Assembly (NCBI GenBank): GCA_030704615.1
Contig: CM060732.1
Span: forward strand, 56,048,001-56,112,000
Direction: 5' to 3'
Length of the DNA stretch: 64,000 nucleotides
Source: Takakia lepidozioides
Taxonomy: Eukaryota > Plantae > Bryophyta
The number at the start of each line of letters is the position of its first letter. The first letter of the stretch is position 1. Positions 51,655 through 64,000 of this stretch are shown here, in pieces. The notes below the pieces were generated by a model. The model searched no databases, had not been told where the DNA came from, and saw nothing but the letters and a program-made list of their open reading frames with translations. The position numbers and the translations under genes are program-made.

Positions 51655-52737
51655 TGTACATTTGGTTCTCATTTGTTCAATGAAAGATGTATACTTTCTC
51701 CCTTGTTTGTCAACCTCTTCTTTCTCTGAACTGGTGTGAAGAAAAATCACCTGCCTTACAAAGGATATTTGCTGGCTGGAATGATGTTGATAGACTTGTC
51801 AAGCATTTGATGTTGATAACCAGGGAGGTGTAGAGAGAGAAGGCGCTCTGGCGTTGGGGGGGTGGGGGGGATATCATATCAATAGGTAAGCATGCTCAGA
51901 CATACAAATTGTGCATGCAACATACCATGTCGTAAGATTATGTACTTGCCACAGATTACATAGTTTCTCCCATTGTTTTGCAATTTACCATAGTTGACCG
52001 ATCAGAGGTCTCGATGACGTGGTGGCTTTTTAGCGTTTCTGAACATGTGGGGTTACGCAGGGTAGCGTGCTCTCCAGTCGTCGCGCGCCTGACACACTGT
52101 GTACTGCGTGTCCCGCTGCTTACATCTGAGTGGCTGCCACCGTAACCCTGTTCCTCATGGATGAAAATTTCATCCATTGATATTGACTCTGGTCATTCAA
52201 AGCTGTAGAGGAACCCGATTATCAGTGGCATCCTTACCCACCTTCAAATGGTCCTTCAGCACCTCTACAAATGCAGCAACGGAGGACGACAAAAGGTTTT
52301 CTCAGCGTGACAGGTTTGACATGGTTCAGCAGACAGTTCCAATTGAATTTACCTTATGCAACAGGTGGTTACCTCGGCTCTGGAGGAGTGCAGAGGCACA
52401 ATCGTCACTCGGCAGGGATTCACATACTGGTCCCTGTCACCGTTGGCTATGAACTAGGTCATATCATTTGCAGGATGTGGGTTCTATGGACGCCCGTTGT
52501 GGGGGGTTTACCCACTTGACTTTTGGAATTGAGTTTGGAAATGCCACAGTGATTGCACACAGTCAACTATTACCATTGTTAATCGTTGCATTTACCGGCA
52601 CAGATGTCAGCCATATTTTTAAGATTGCAATGCAAGTCATACTGTGGTTGAGAAAAGGCAATGCAAAGATAGAGATTTGATATTTGCATTCATAGTTGCA
52701 TTCATAACTGCCATAAGAAAATCTCGGCAGAATATGC

Positions 52738-52980
52738 TCAGGGACTCTGGGAGGTTATCGCTGCCCATTGTCCTTATAAACTGTCATAAAGAGTTTTGAG
52801 CGTAACTCTCCTAGTTCCTTGAGTGGGATTTCTGACACTGGCTGTGAATCTCCCACCAGCGACATGGAACTGTCTTCATTGATTAAACTTCCTCACAGCC
52901 CACTCCTCATTCTTCAGACGGATTGTCGGCGTTCTTCTTGAGTTTATCTAATTCTGTCTCATCGAATGGAAGAAAAGCTT
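52738..52980 (-). mobile_element. Crypton / DUF3504-family (tyrosine-recombinase-related) coding remnant
   Basis: Across three frameshifts: FLPFDETELDKLKK / KNEEWAVRKFNQ*R / EIPLKELGELRSKLFMTVYKDNGQR(Y)LPESL. Confidence 0.55.
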
Positions 52981-54333
52981 GTATCCCACGAGTAGGTGAT
53001 ATGTCAACTGGACTCAATTTTGGTACAGGAGGGAGAGGAACAAGCACAGACAGGGCAGGCATATGATTAACATCTACTTGCCACTCAAGCGATTACTTGG
53101 AAGAAGTTCATTTACCCTCTCTGAATTGTGAACTTGAGAACTGGTCAGTTTCAACTCGTCAATTATGACATGGTTCTCTGTCAGTTAGAAGTATTTCTGT
53201 CAGGGATTGATGCTCAAGTTTATGAGTTTTGAGGTGTTTCGACGACATATTCAACTTTCCACTATGCAGATAACCTTCCACTCAATTGAAATCTTCAGGC
53301 AGCAAACAACTATAGAAATTCTGATGGTAGTCATCAAACGGCTTTGACACTATTGTAATCAGTAGTGTCCAGTAGGAAAAAGTACACATGAAGACCATCA
53401 ACAGCCCTTACCTTACGAAGCCAGACAATCATTCAATACTCCATAACAAGGAGGAAGCCCTTTATCAATGTTGACAATTGGGATAACCACGCTCTTGAAT
53501 CACTCATCCTCCCATAGATACTTAGACTCATCCCTGTCTATACACATATATGTATCCTCTATTGGCAGTATCAGGACTTGAAAAGTTTATGGTGACTGAG
53601 ACAACTCCTGATACCATACCGACTTGGAGACTTCACGCAGGTGAACGATACATCTCAAGTATCTGAGTAGAAGTCCTAGCTAAACAACCACAACCACAGG
53701 CAACTTCCAGAACTGCCTTTCAGCTAGACAAAAGTTCTACGCAGGGGACACGGTGACCGGTGAGGCGCACGCTCCATCATCGCAAGACACGACCTGCCCA
53801 ACAACGCCATTACAGCAGGTGCCAATGTGAGACTCATAATGAGCTCACGGCGCATTCGTTTCCCATGTGGTAAGAGATAAATTCTCGAAACATCCACCCA
53901 AGCATCCAAAAGTCACATTATCATGACGAACAACTACTTGTGCAGGAGTGCTTCGAGGTCCTGACCAAGGGTACTGCCAAGTAGTGTAAATCATGTTTTC
54001 GAAGCTCAAGCAGAGTGTAGTACGTGTGGACAGTACTACTGTCAAGCCACAGAGCATGTTACTTACTCTTCAGCACCACTGCGATAACCATGCAGCTTTA
54101 GATATCCCAACAGGAACACAGCAGAAAGATCCCTTCAGCCTCAATCGATTTGCGTACAATTGCTGAACCTCAAGGCAGCTTCAACGGGGAAGATAAGCAA
54201 GGAGACCTTCAATGACACAATCCAGTCCTATACCAGGAAATACATTCAAAGATTCAACAAGAGGTGTCAGAGTCAAGCAAAGCGATAGTTATCACAAAAA
54301 AATAGAAGGGCCGTTTAGTAGGATCTGCATACC

Positions 54334-54654
54334 TCAAGGCTTGATGACGCCGTTAACCTGCAGTGATACCAAATTGCCGCCGCCAAGCAAGTTTGGAACT
54401 ATAACGACGACATCGTTGTCAACTACATCAACGTCGAGAGGCTTTGCAGATCCATCTTTCACTTGAACATGCGTGCTCTTTCCGTGAACATCGACGTGCA
54501 CGATGTTGTTCAAGACGTGGACAGTGTCTCCGTTCACAAACACATCCACAGGAAAGGTTGAAATGTTGATAATCGTTGCAGAGGCATCTGCTTGGACCCA
54601 GAGGGCCGCCACGAGTAGCACCAGAATGAGAGAGGTTTTCATTGTCGCCGCCAT
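54334..54654 (-). CDS. Single-exon small secreted protein, 106 aa, unknown family
   Basis: Classical signal peptide (MKTSLILVLLVAALWVQADA), 82-aa Val-rich Cys-free mature part, GC-rich codon usage, TATA-like element ~54760. Confidence 0.75.
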   Translation of the reverse strand: MAATMKTSLILVLLVAALWVQADASATIINISTFPVDVFVNGDTVHVLNNIVHVDVHGKSTHVQVKDGSAKPLDVDVVDNDVVVIVPNLLGGGNLVSLQVNGVIKP

Positions 54655-55123
54655 TGGAGTACTGTTCGCAAGCTGAATTGCCGGGCTGAGGTGAGCTGCT
54701 GCGATCTCCCTGATCACACAAGCGAGTCCTGAATATCAATGAGCTCCAAGTGTGGGATGATATAGGCGAGCCTCTTACAAAACTGATTTGCTGCCAAGAT
54801 GCATGCATAGTATTTATTGGTTATGCAGGCTACCATTACTGCTGACCAACTCGACGTAGCTTTCATAGCGTAGGACCCACTCATCTGAATGCCAAGTTAT
54901 GGTGAACACTGTAGAGACTGGTGCCATAGGCTGCATTCGAATTCCTATTGGCATCGGATGCTCAAGCACCTTTCGACTCCAATTGCTGAAAGGCTAGGAT
55001 CAACAAAACGTGGGGACCATTCCTGTATACTTAGTTTTATTCTCCACAGATTCGTTTTTATTATTTAGGCACCTCACCTAGGTAATTTCCAAACATTAGG
55101 CACCATGTTATCTAGGTAACATT

Positions 55124-55239
55124 GGAGAGGAGCCCCTGCTACCTACCGGATATAGCAGGGAGCCAGGACCTACCGAGAGCCGCGCTAGCCGCGAGATGTC
55201 ATGGCGACCTGCTATATCCGGTAGCATGGGCTCCTCTCG
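55124..55239. repeat. GC-rich hairpin (MITE-like)
   Basis: GAGAGGAGCCC..TACCGGATATAGCAGG pairs with CCTGCTATATCCGGTA..GGGCTCCTCTC. Confidence 0.8.
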
Positions 55240-55644
55240 AGCGCTACCGGACATAACCGGTTTTAGGGCAGCGAGCCAATCATTTTAGGGCAGCGAGCTC
55301 CCTTGTACGTACCTACCACCACGTTTTCTATCCATTTGGAGCTGTGATATGAAGTTTTCATCCCCGCAGCAGGTAAGAAGGTAGTTAAAATCTAATAGGT
55401 CGTAGAAAACCACATATAGCACCCCTCCTCAAATCCAGTAGAAACACGCCACGTCAGCAAGTCTGCTGTAGAAATCGGTTATGAAATCTTTGCATGACTA
55501 AAGCGTTATTTGAAAATATGGCTCCCCTCTCCATAGTTGTTAGATCTTATGATGAGCCTTAATATAGTTGGTTTGAGAAAACATTCATCCACTCTTATCA
55601 AGTTCTTATCCAAAGGCACCACCACATATCGAAATAACATAATG

Positions 55645-55770
55645 AACAATTATTTTTGACCTCCCTCAAAGACTATTGTTGAGGTAATTTTCTTTTTAGA
55701 TAAACATAATGATTTTGAAAATAGATATTACCTCAACAATAGTTTTTAAGGGACGTCAAAAACAATTGTT
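55645..55770. repeat. AT-rich hairpin (MITE-like)
   Basis: AACAATTATTTTTGAC..ACTATTGTTGAGGTAAT pairs with ATTACCTCAACAATAGT..GTCAAAAACAATTGTT. Confidence 0.8.
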
Positions 55771-55908
55771 GTGGTAATTTTCTTTTCAGGATATCGAGGA
55801 TGATGATGTTCCTAACCTTAACATTCTCTCAGATTCACATGAGATAGGTGATGAGACTTATGAGGATGTAGTTGCATCAATGCATGGCCCTTTGGAAGTT
55901 GTGTGGAC

Positions 55909-56371
55909 CAGTGTTGGTATGGTATGGGTATCTCGAGTATCAACGCTGGTATCAACCCTGGTATCAGGGACCAGACTAGCCCGGTCTTAAGTTCTACAAT
56001 ACCAGGTCATATACCAGACCAGGCTGGTATCCATTTTCTCGTACTAGCCACAGTACCAATCCCGCCCCCCCCCCCCCCCCCCCCCCCCAATCTTCCTCAT
56101 TTGCTCTGGTATGTGTACTATATTAGTTTTTATGTACATACATGTACTTATTTATATTTATTTTATGCTTATTGTATTATTTTTACTTGATATTTGATAA
56201 ACTTGTAAGTCAAATGGCTTTGGAATGATACCAGAGTTGATATCTCATACCAGCTGGTATTTGTGGTCATGATACTCATACCCATACCAGTATCTGGAAA
56301 AAATTACATCCACCATTATATATAGACTAGACTGGTGTGAAAATTTTGTGATGGGGCTGGTACCAAGACCG
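55909..56371. mobile_element. hAT-type MITE related to 24226-25448
   Basis: Starts CAGTGTTGGTA and ends TACCAAGACCG; flanked by (G)TGTGGAC duplication; many CTGGTAT/ATACCAG repeats. Confidence 0.7.
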
Positions 56372-59300
56372 TGTGGACATGAAATTTTAAATTTAGGCAT
56401 TTTTGCCTTTTTTTTTTTGGACGTTAAACAATACAATTTAGGCTTTTTTCTACATATTTGGACATTTTGATATTTTCACAATTTTCGAGCAAATAGGCAC
56501 TTCTGTGTAATTTTTTCCAAGTTTTAGGCACATTTTCCAAAAATGTTCTAAATTTAATTAGGCACTTGATTTTGAATTAACTATTGCCTAATAAGCTAGG
56601 TAAAGTACGGTACCCTTACCTTCAGCACTAAATGGAATCTGCCCAAATACCAAGTATCACTAATGTGCGACCGGACACCAGGAAGTTGTTCGGATCCTGC
56701 CTTGCTGAATTCGGTCGAATTCGCCATCACCCATCGCTACTCCCGGAGCCGTTGTAAGTTGTCTGTCAGCATCCTTGTACAGTTTGTCTACTCATAAAGT
56801 AGGTTCAGCGATGGACTCATAAAGCCCAGCATTAGTATGTCGTTGAGAATAAGGCAAGCACATGTCTGTGTCACATACTTAATTTGCTGTTTGTCACATT
56901 GGTATTACTTTCTTTGGGCCAACACACATTTCTAATCATTATCACAGAGAATTAGTAGCCTGACTTTAGTCATGCATTCTTTGCTGCCCATACATATTGC
57001 TGCTTGCTCATTATCATTCCCGACCTTCATTTGTTCCCTATATGTAATTAACTCCATTGGGGTCATTTCAATCAATCAATCCATTGCTTGGCCAACAACA
57101 AGGCTAGAAGCCTGGAACGACACACCAAATCTTGAAATACCTCTCAAATAACGAGCTTTTGAATCCATTCATTTTGGGTGTAATCGTCTATCCATTCAAG
57201 GGTAACCAGGGTAGTACCTATTAATTGAAGTTCTCGGAATCTAGCACTTCACTCGAATATTTTAGCAAAGGACAGACTACAAGATTACGTCCATGGAGCA
57301 AAGTGGGTCCAGTATGATATATATAGGTGTAGTGTGCTGTGTATGTATCAATCAATCAGCAATGCATAAAAAAAAAGGCTCCATGAGATACTTGCGTGGA
57401 GACAAGGGCCCAGCAAGCTGACTTTTCACATGTGGTAATAGCGCAGTAAATGGGCCCCATACCCCAGAAACTAGTACAGCATACCAAATGTGTTGGTTTC
57501 CAACAGTTCAACGACCTTCCACCAACTCCGAACTCTTAACAGTGACCTGTATATGATGTTTCCTCTTTTTTATACTATAAACGAAGTTTCTAACTTCTAA
57601 CTTGAGTCTTACTAGGTTGCGATCTTGAACTCCACCAATAAACACATTAGATACCTATAGGTCATAAGAGAATTTATTAATTCCGAAGCCCCGAAATTCC
57701 AAACCTGACATGACCTCGGAAGCATTAAACTTATGTCATAAACTGATGTTGTCTTGCTCGAACAGAGGGCCATGGTGTCCTACAGTATTGAAGGCAGGGT
57801 GTTAATGGCAGCCCCCAATCCTAAATATCAACACCGAAATCGGACCGAACGTCTTGGTGGCCATTAAAGAGAGTCTCAATGCGTAGCTTAAAGTCCACAT
57901 CTACTTACGGCATTGAACTTTGAACCCCGCCATATCTTCCTAACTGGACCGCCCGTAAAGGTTAAAAGAATACTGTTGTGCACCAAATACACACGGCTAG
58001 GTGAAAGAGTGTATATATGCTGGACAGTCGGGACTAATGTTTTTTTTATCATGAGCTGTGCGTTGCTCGGCGGGGCCGCGAAGCATGGACTCCCTTGCCC
58101 ATTGGGATTCAAGCGCATTCGTGCCAGGAGGATGTTGATTTTTGACACAGGATCCGCAGATCTTGAGTGATGTCTGGAGTTTGTGCGAAAGAATAGGTAC
58201 TGATAACTTATGGTCCCATTACTCACAGGGTAGCCAGAAGACCAGTGGAGTAGCGTAACACTGTACAACTTGTTAATTAACTGTCACACTGTGATCAATG
58301 TTGACCTACTTAAACCTCGGCAAGTTTCGATGGGCTTCTGTGGCTCATTCCTGGCCAAATGAAGAATACCATCCCAACTCAGCAGCTATGATTCTTGCAG
58401 CACGATCCATCCTTGCTCACTAAGTCCGTCGATTTCAAACGGAATCACTGTAACTGGAAAGTTCACAGCTTTACAGTGCAGGCCAGATGTCATTGCGGTT
58501 GGAAAAGCAGTACATCTTGGACCCATGGATTGATTTCTAGTCCCAATCTGAGTCTCCAAATAAACCGAACCCAGCTTGTTTTTTCGTTTTTCCCTCGATA
58601 GTGTCTGAGATCAGAGAGACACGAGATTCAAGAATTGAGGCAAGTTGGGGTAGGTAGTGCGCGTGCCAACCGAATGAAGGCACATTAAGACAGACAGGGA
58701 CTTTTGCTGCTTTTACTATAATTCTCTTCTGGCCGCCAACTCCCATTATGTAGATCTCTTTAAAGCCGTCAGATTCTATTCCACACGTGCTTCCTTCAAT
58801 CAACCCCACACGAAACAAGCTAATAAGTCCCAAAAAGCTCATAGCAGATATGGTATACAGCTCCATCAATATGGTCATGTACATGGTCTATGATGAGTAA
58901 GGAGTAAAGTAGAGTTTTGTTTAACAGCTCTATCTTGCAAGTCCCATCCCAATACCAGGGGTTCCGGTTCTTAACCCTCGTATTACAAAAGGACATACCA
59001 GCCGGGATCGGTTCTTTAATACCTGGCCACACCCTATACACTAGTCCAACATTGAATAATTTGGACAGTTCAGGCAACTCGGGCAGGTCCTAGAGAAGAT
59101 GGCGTGGCACTTGAGGAACCCTAATCATGCGCTAGTCTCTCGAACTTTTCAGTCCTCACTGGAACAATCACTTTAGAATAGATTAACATAGATTAAAAGT
59201 TCGTTGAACATTAATAAACATACAACATTTGTGCTTCGTGAAAGGTTTGAGGAATAATTCTTTACCCGTAGGAGTATACGGGCAATGTAACATACATTAT

Positions 59301-59576
59301 AAGGTGAAAACTATCGCCTAATGAGAGATAAGATAAAGATATAGTTACTTTAACGTCCAGTGAATTTACAGAGCCTACTGCTCAGCTCACAGAGAGAAAT
59401 TTGAAGTTAAAAGTTTGTTTTGCATCAAGCGGAGGTGAAGTCAAGCGGAGGTGAAGCCAACCGAAGTCAATAAGAGCCTCTTCCCCTTGTAGATCACATG
59501 TGATTGCATCAATTTCCTCACCGAGATGCTTCACCCCTGTGTTTGAGCTACTTCGGCAATCAACAAAGGATCAAAA

Positions 59577-62500
59577 CTATTTGGCACGAACGGCAGCAAA
59601 AATTGATCCTTTATCACCACGGCCTATGCGGAAGTTGTCGTCCAAAAATGTAGTGTCAATCCACCTGCAAAGCAGCAGACATGTCCAACTAGCAAGTGAA
59701 GGTCTTGTGCTGGAAGTCTCACTCAATTTGCACACGATAGTTGCCTTGCAATCAGGTTTGTCATCGTTAACTCAAATAGTGCGTAGCTTGAGCCACCATC
59801 TGCAAATGAAAGGCTCTGAAAAAGCCGGGTTGAAAGGGTGGGTATTTCCATCGCCAGTGCAAGGCTGCTCACAGGCACTGGCCAGTGAGTACAGTTCTAT
59901 CTGTCTGGGCAGGCCTAGGCTATAGCAGCCAAAAAGAATACATCTGTCTTTATCCTCGGGACTCCTGATGATATAAAGAAGGTTGATTGTTTGTTTGTTT
60001 CTCTCTTTCCAATCCTACAAACACAAATCATCAAGAATTGCAAAAACTCACCCTTTGGGATTGATCCAGCTCAAGGAGACCGGTGGGAGTTGAAAGCTTC
60101 CAAGCTTGACCACAAAGCTCTCAAAGGTGACATCAATGCGGACAGCCCCCTTGTCAGAGGCTGCGGCTTTTACCACCTTCGCATATATTGTCAATAAGCC
60201 TGTATGAGCAAGTCCAAGTCATTCTAAGTATCTTAACACAAAGTTACTCATTCAATATAACTGACACTCAAGAAAAAAAATGTGCTACTAGGGTTGGCAT
60301 TTGCAAAAGTGCCGCAACCACACAACAACGAAACCTATCCTACTGGCATGGTCCCAACCACTTGGTGAGAGAGTGACTCACTCAGAGTACAACACATCGA
60401 CTCAATAATTGAATGATAGAAGTCCTGCAGGCAGAACTCGTCACAAAAACTAGACAGAGACACCAGGGACAAGGGAGTAGATTCTACCATTAACTCCAAG
60501 CACAGTGAAGTCAGCAATATTTTCGGCAGCCCCACCCTCTGCGTCAATCACCTGAATATACCCCATCTGTAATATAAGAGTCCCTCGTGAACTATCTTTC
60601 TCTCTCTTATAACCTAAAAGTAATTTTCAGAAACCTCTTTTTACATTGTCTTAGACATGATCAATCAAAGATATTAGAGGCAACAAACTTGCACAATGGT
60701 AGTCTTTGATGTTTTATTGCAGGTAGGTCTGGTTTTCCTCTCATATTAAAGCAGAGTCTGCCCTTCCAATCTGCTTTCCTCACTACCTATCTGATGAGTT
60801 GACTGACTTGTCAAACCAAATCACCATTTGACAGGTGTGTGCTGGTGGCACAAAGAAGTATGAGTGAACCTGGAAGCTGCGTGTCTGTCGGACGGATCCA
60901 AAGGTCACAGGCTTAATTCGTGATAAAAATGGCCCTTCCTCAGTACCTGCATACTTGTCTGATGTTTTCTCTGCAAAAATGTCAATAATATGAGCACAAC
61001 AGCATCAACTATCAACCACGCACATGTAAAAGATCCTGAGACAGACATGAGTCTCCTAAAAGAGTGCCAGATTCATAGCAGTAACACAACTCGCATGAAA
61101 TTTATTTTGAATTTATCTCTCTTTCTGGCACTCAAATAATTTCTGTACAAACCATATTGCTTCAGCCTGTGGTACAATGATACGCAGATGTACCATCAAT
61201 GGGTGCTGTGTAAAGAAGAGCCCAACGGCCAGAAAACAAGGGAGAGTTGATGGGGTCAGCTGTTGGAGTCTGGACTTCTAGTTCCTGTGGCCAACAAGCA
61301 CCAGATGTTAGGAAACTGTCCCTCTTCCCTTCCCTGCAGATAAGCGAAGCCATGGGACTAAGGACGTAACTTACTTCGAGCAATTCAAGAATATGCTGCC
61401 GCTGTTTGTATGTGGCTGCCTGTAACAAGCATCAACAACCAGTTTAACAGGTTATCCGAGCTGTCTTTGGTGTTTCCTCATGACAGATCTTTGATGCGGC
61501 AGACGAAAGCTGCCCAATTCCAACTGATCTTGACTATTCAGTGGCATGCTCAACATGTGCTCCACAATCATAAGACATCTACACTATTCAGACAGATTTG
61601 GAGACGAAGCACATTGTCTTGGGAAGGAGCACCGTGGAAGAGGAAACATGCAAGTAGTGCAACTTGAATTGCTACTTTTGTCCCAATACCTTTCAAGTCC
61701 ATTCATTTATTATACCAACAAAAGCCAAAGAAGGACCATAAACGGGGCAGCAAAATGTGTGAAATATGCAAAGAGATTGATTACTCCAAGATATGTATGC
61801 CACTAAGGAAACCGCACAACTGACTTCCGCTAGTATTGGAGATGTAAAATGGGACAGAACCTAAGTGGTGGCCACCTTGCCACGATTTGTGTTGGATACT
61901 GCCTGCATAACCAGTTTCTTCAACTCCTCCCTTGTTCGCACCGAGCTTGTCACTGTAGAGTCTGTTTCAATGCCATCAATGCCTCCTCTTACGCTCGCCC
62001 ACACAATTTCTCGCTGCAACCTTTGCTTTGCTTTCTTGGTCTGCAATAGTTTCAAGTCAATCTGGGCAAATTAATTTTCAATAGGCTTCATCCAGTGGTT
62101 AAACAGGTCTCTGTCTTTAAACTGGTAGCAGGCCTCAATAGCTTTGGCCAGTTCTAATTGTCTGGCAATATCTACCACAATTTTAGCTTTCATCTTCCAG
62201 GTGTAGTTTCACAACCTATAAATGGGGCTGTCTTTTGAGTGAAGGTAAACGCAGAAAAGACACCTATGGTTCGACCTTCTTTGGCTTGTTTAACTAAGCA
62301 ATCACATACAGAACAGTCAGGGAGAGAAAAGAAAAGGGTTAACTTGTCTGGAAGCTACTCCAAATATCCATTTGCAGTTCTCACAATAAAAAAGTGTTTG
62401 TGGGCACATCAGTTGGGGTCTTTGTCATCATTTGTAGGAACAAAGTATGGTCCACAATAATCTTAAGCTACTTGTTTCCAAGAAGTTATGGATGACAGTG

Positions 62501-63491
62501 CTAGATTCCAATTTTGATGCAAAGTATTTCTGAAATATTTGGGCATGATCCAGGCACATGACAACCTCTAACCAATGTTATGCACTTTGGAACTATAATA
62601 AGTGGAAGCAAATTAAATCCTAATAAAAGAGGCCACTAACCAGATGATCACCCAATGACTGCCTGACAGACAACCGTCTGCCTTGTTCAAAATGCTCACT
62701 CCATCTTCTGCTTGTTACCATCTGAGTAGCTGTTCTAACTTGCACTTGATGCTTAGTATTCTCATGATTTAGCTGCAACAATGTACAGGCATCAACAAAA
62801 GTAAGCGATCGCTAAATTTAGTATAATCCAACGTACAAACTCTGGGCCAATTGGGGTCCCCTGTACTACGCATTTCGTCTCAATTCTCTAACTGTACAAT
62901 TCAAAGCGTGTATACAAAGGAACAAGAGACCAGATGGGCAGAAGGAATAATCCCTCGCTCTTGCCTGCAATGGAACTACTAACACTACACTAATAACCAG
63001 CAACCACACAACCATGGCTGAGCAGCATTGTAAATACGTCAGATTTCAAACGTTGAATCAACAGAGGCCACATATCTTAGAAACCGATGAAGTCGATGCC
63101 CTAAAATTTCATTCTCCAAGAGCAAAAGGAGAGAGACAGAGACAGAGAGAGAAGAAGAAGAATAATAATAATGAAAAATTGTCAAACCGCGAAATAACAA
63201 TTATACTCGCAATGGAAATTAAAGCTTCTTGCATAATTCTGTCAAAATCACGTTCATGAACACTTCTTACATGCACGAAAGCCTAAAACCCAAAAACAGT
63301 GATCGACAGAAAGATCCCCACTACATCATCTCCACACGCGAAATCAAAGCCACAAGCTCTCAAAAAAAATCATGCACTGAATGACACTAGCACCCTGTAA
63401 TTCGGTCACTAAGAACATAAAAATCGTTCGCAGTTTGCACCTTACTCCGCAGGGGCAGCGAAAGCGGCGTTGCAGGCGCCCACATCGCCAT
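59577..63491 (-). CDS. Plastid lipid-associated protein (PAP/fibrillin family), multi-exon
   Basis: ELKKLVMQAVSNTNRGKVAT, ILELLE, PTADPINSPLFSGRWALLYT, QVIDAEGGAAENIADF, RIDVTFE, GWIDTTFLDDNFRIGRGDKGSIF. Likely first exon 63491-63446; the exons between 62050 and 63400 are unresolved. Confidence 0.85.
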
Positions 63492-64000
63492 AGCTGCGTG
63501 TGCCAGCCTCGCTACAGACTGCCCCTATATACGGCGCGTATCTCTGTCTGTATAATTAAAACTTGGCGGTTCTCCAAAACATCAAATTATCTCGTCATCC
63601 TTGGTATTTGATCCCGGGACCTATCCAGTATCCTTTCGTGCACTGTTGTACTGAGCAGCCATCTTTCCAATACTTCAGAGCCACAAAAACGCGTACAAGT
63701 AAACTATATATTATTCAACAAAGCGTGACACTTCAAATTTGAGGTGAATTCAGTTGATCGATGTTGACATTGCGGAGCCCTCCCCCTCTCAAAATATCTG
63801 TTATATTTTCCTTTCTTCGTATCAATATATGAATTAAGATGATTTGTTTGTTTTGTTTTGTTTTGTCACGTTGAGATGTCCCTAACCGCAAGGCCCCAGC
63901 CCTGGTGCTTGGTACCGTTGGAAAGCCCTCGACGAGGAGGGGTGCACAGGCTTGGTATCATGATTTTTGGACATGCGGTGTGGGAGATGTCGAATTCCAA

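Noticed and set aside
56640-59100. Possible gene or pseudogene on the minus strand (short ORFs at 57888-58268 and 58537-59077)
   Set aside because: No recognisable motif or consistent exon chain could be built by eye; BLASTx is needed.
63870-64000. Repeat-like motif GGTACCGTTGGAAAGCCCTCGACGAG at the window edge
   Set aside because: Probably the start of a dispersed repeat, but it is truncated and single-copy here, so it cannot be classified.

Overview
This is eukaryotic, intron-containing land-plant DNA; a non-seed plant is plausible but that is only inference. The first ~36 kb is a duplicated cluster of plant aldo-keto reductase genes (AKR13 / perakine-reductase-like). Three complete 5-exon copies plus one running off the window start have intact reading frames (three on the minus strand, one inverted on plus), and there is one pseudogene. 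They are interleaved with many mobile elements: two LINE families, an L1-type fragment, a tRNA-derived SINE, hAT-type non-autonomous elements (one carrying a SEC13 fragment), a large fold-back palindrome, and Gypsy, Penelope-like and MULE-like remnants. The right half holds conserved genes: plastid GNAT acetyltransferase NSI/SNAT1, ankyrin-RMT2 methyltransferase, organellar Asn-tRNA synthetase and a PAP/fibrillin. It also holds an unrecognised small secreted beta-rich protein and a Crypton/DUF3504-like remnant. The most striking feature is one (GA/TC)-rich site in AKR intron 4 carrying about seven same-orientation 3'-end copies of one LINE family. These include two ~20-bp mini-insertions with their own target-site duplications (TSDs). 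The element has almost no 3' UTR and appears to regenerate its own target.
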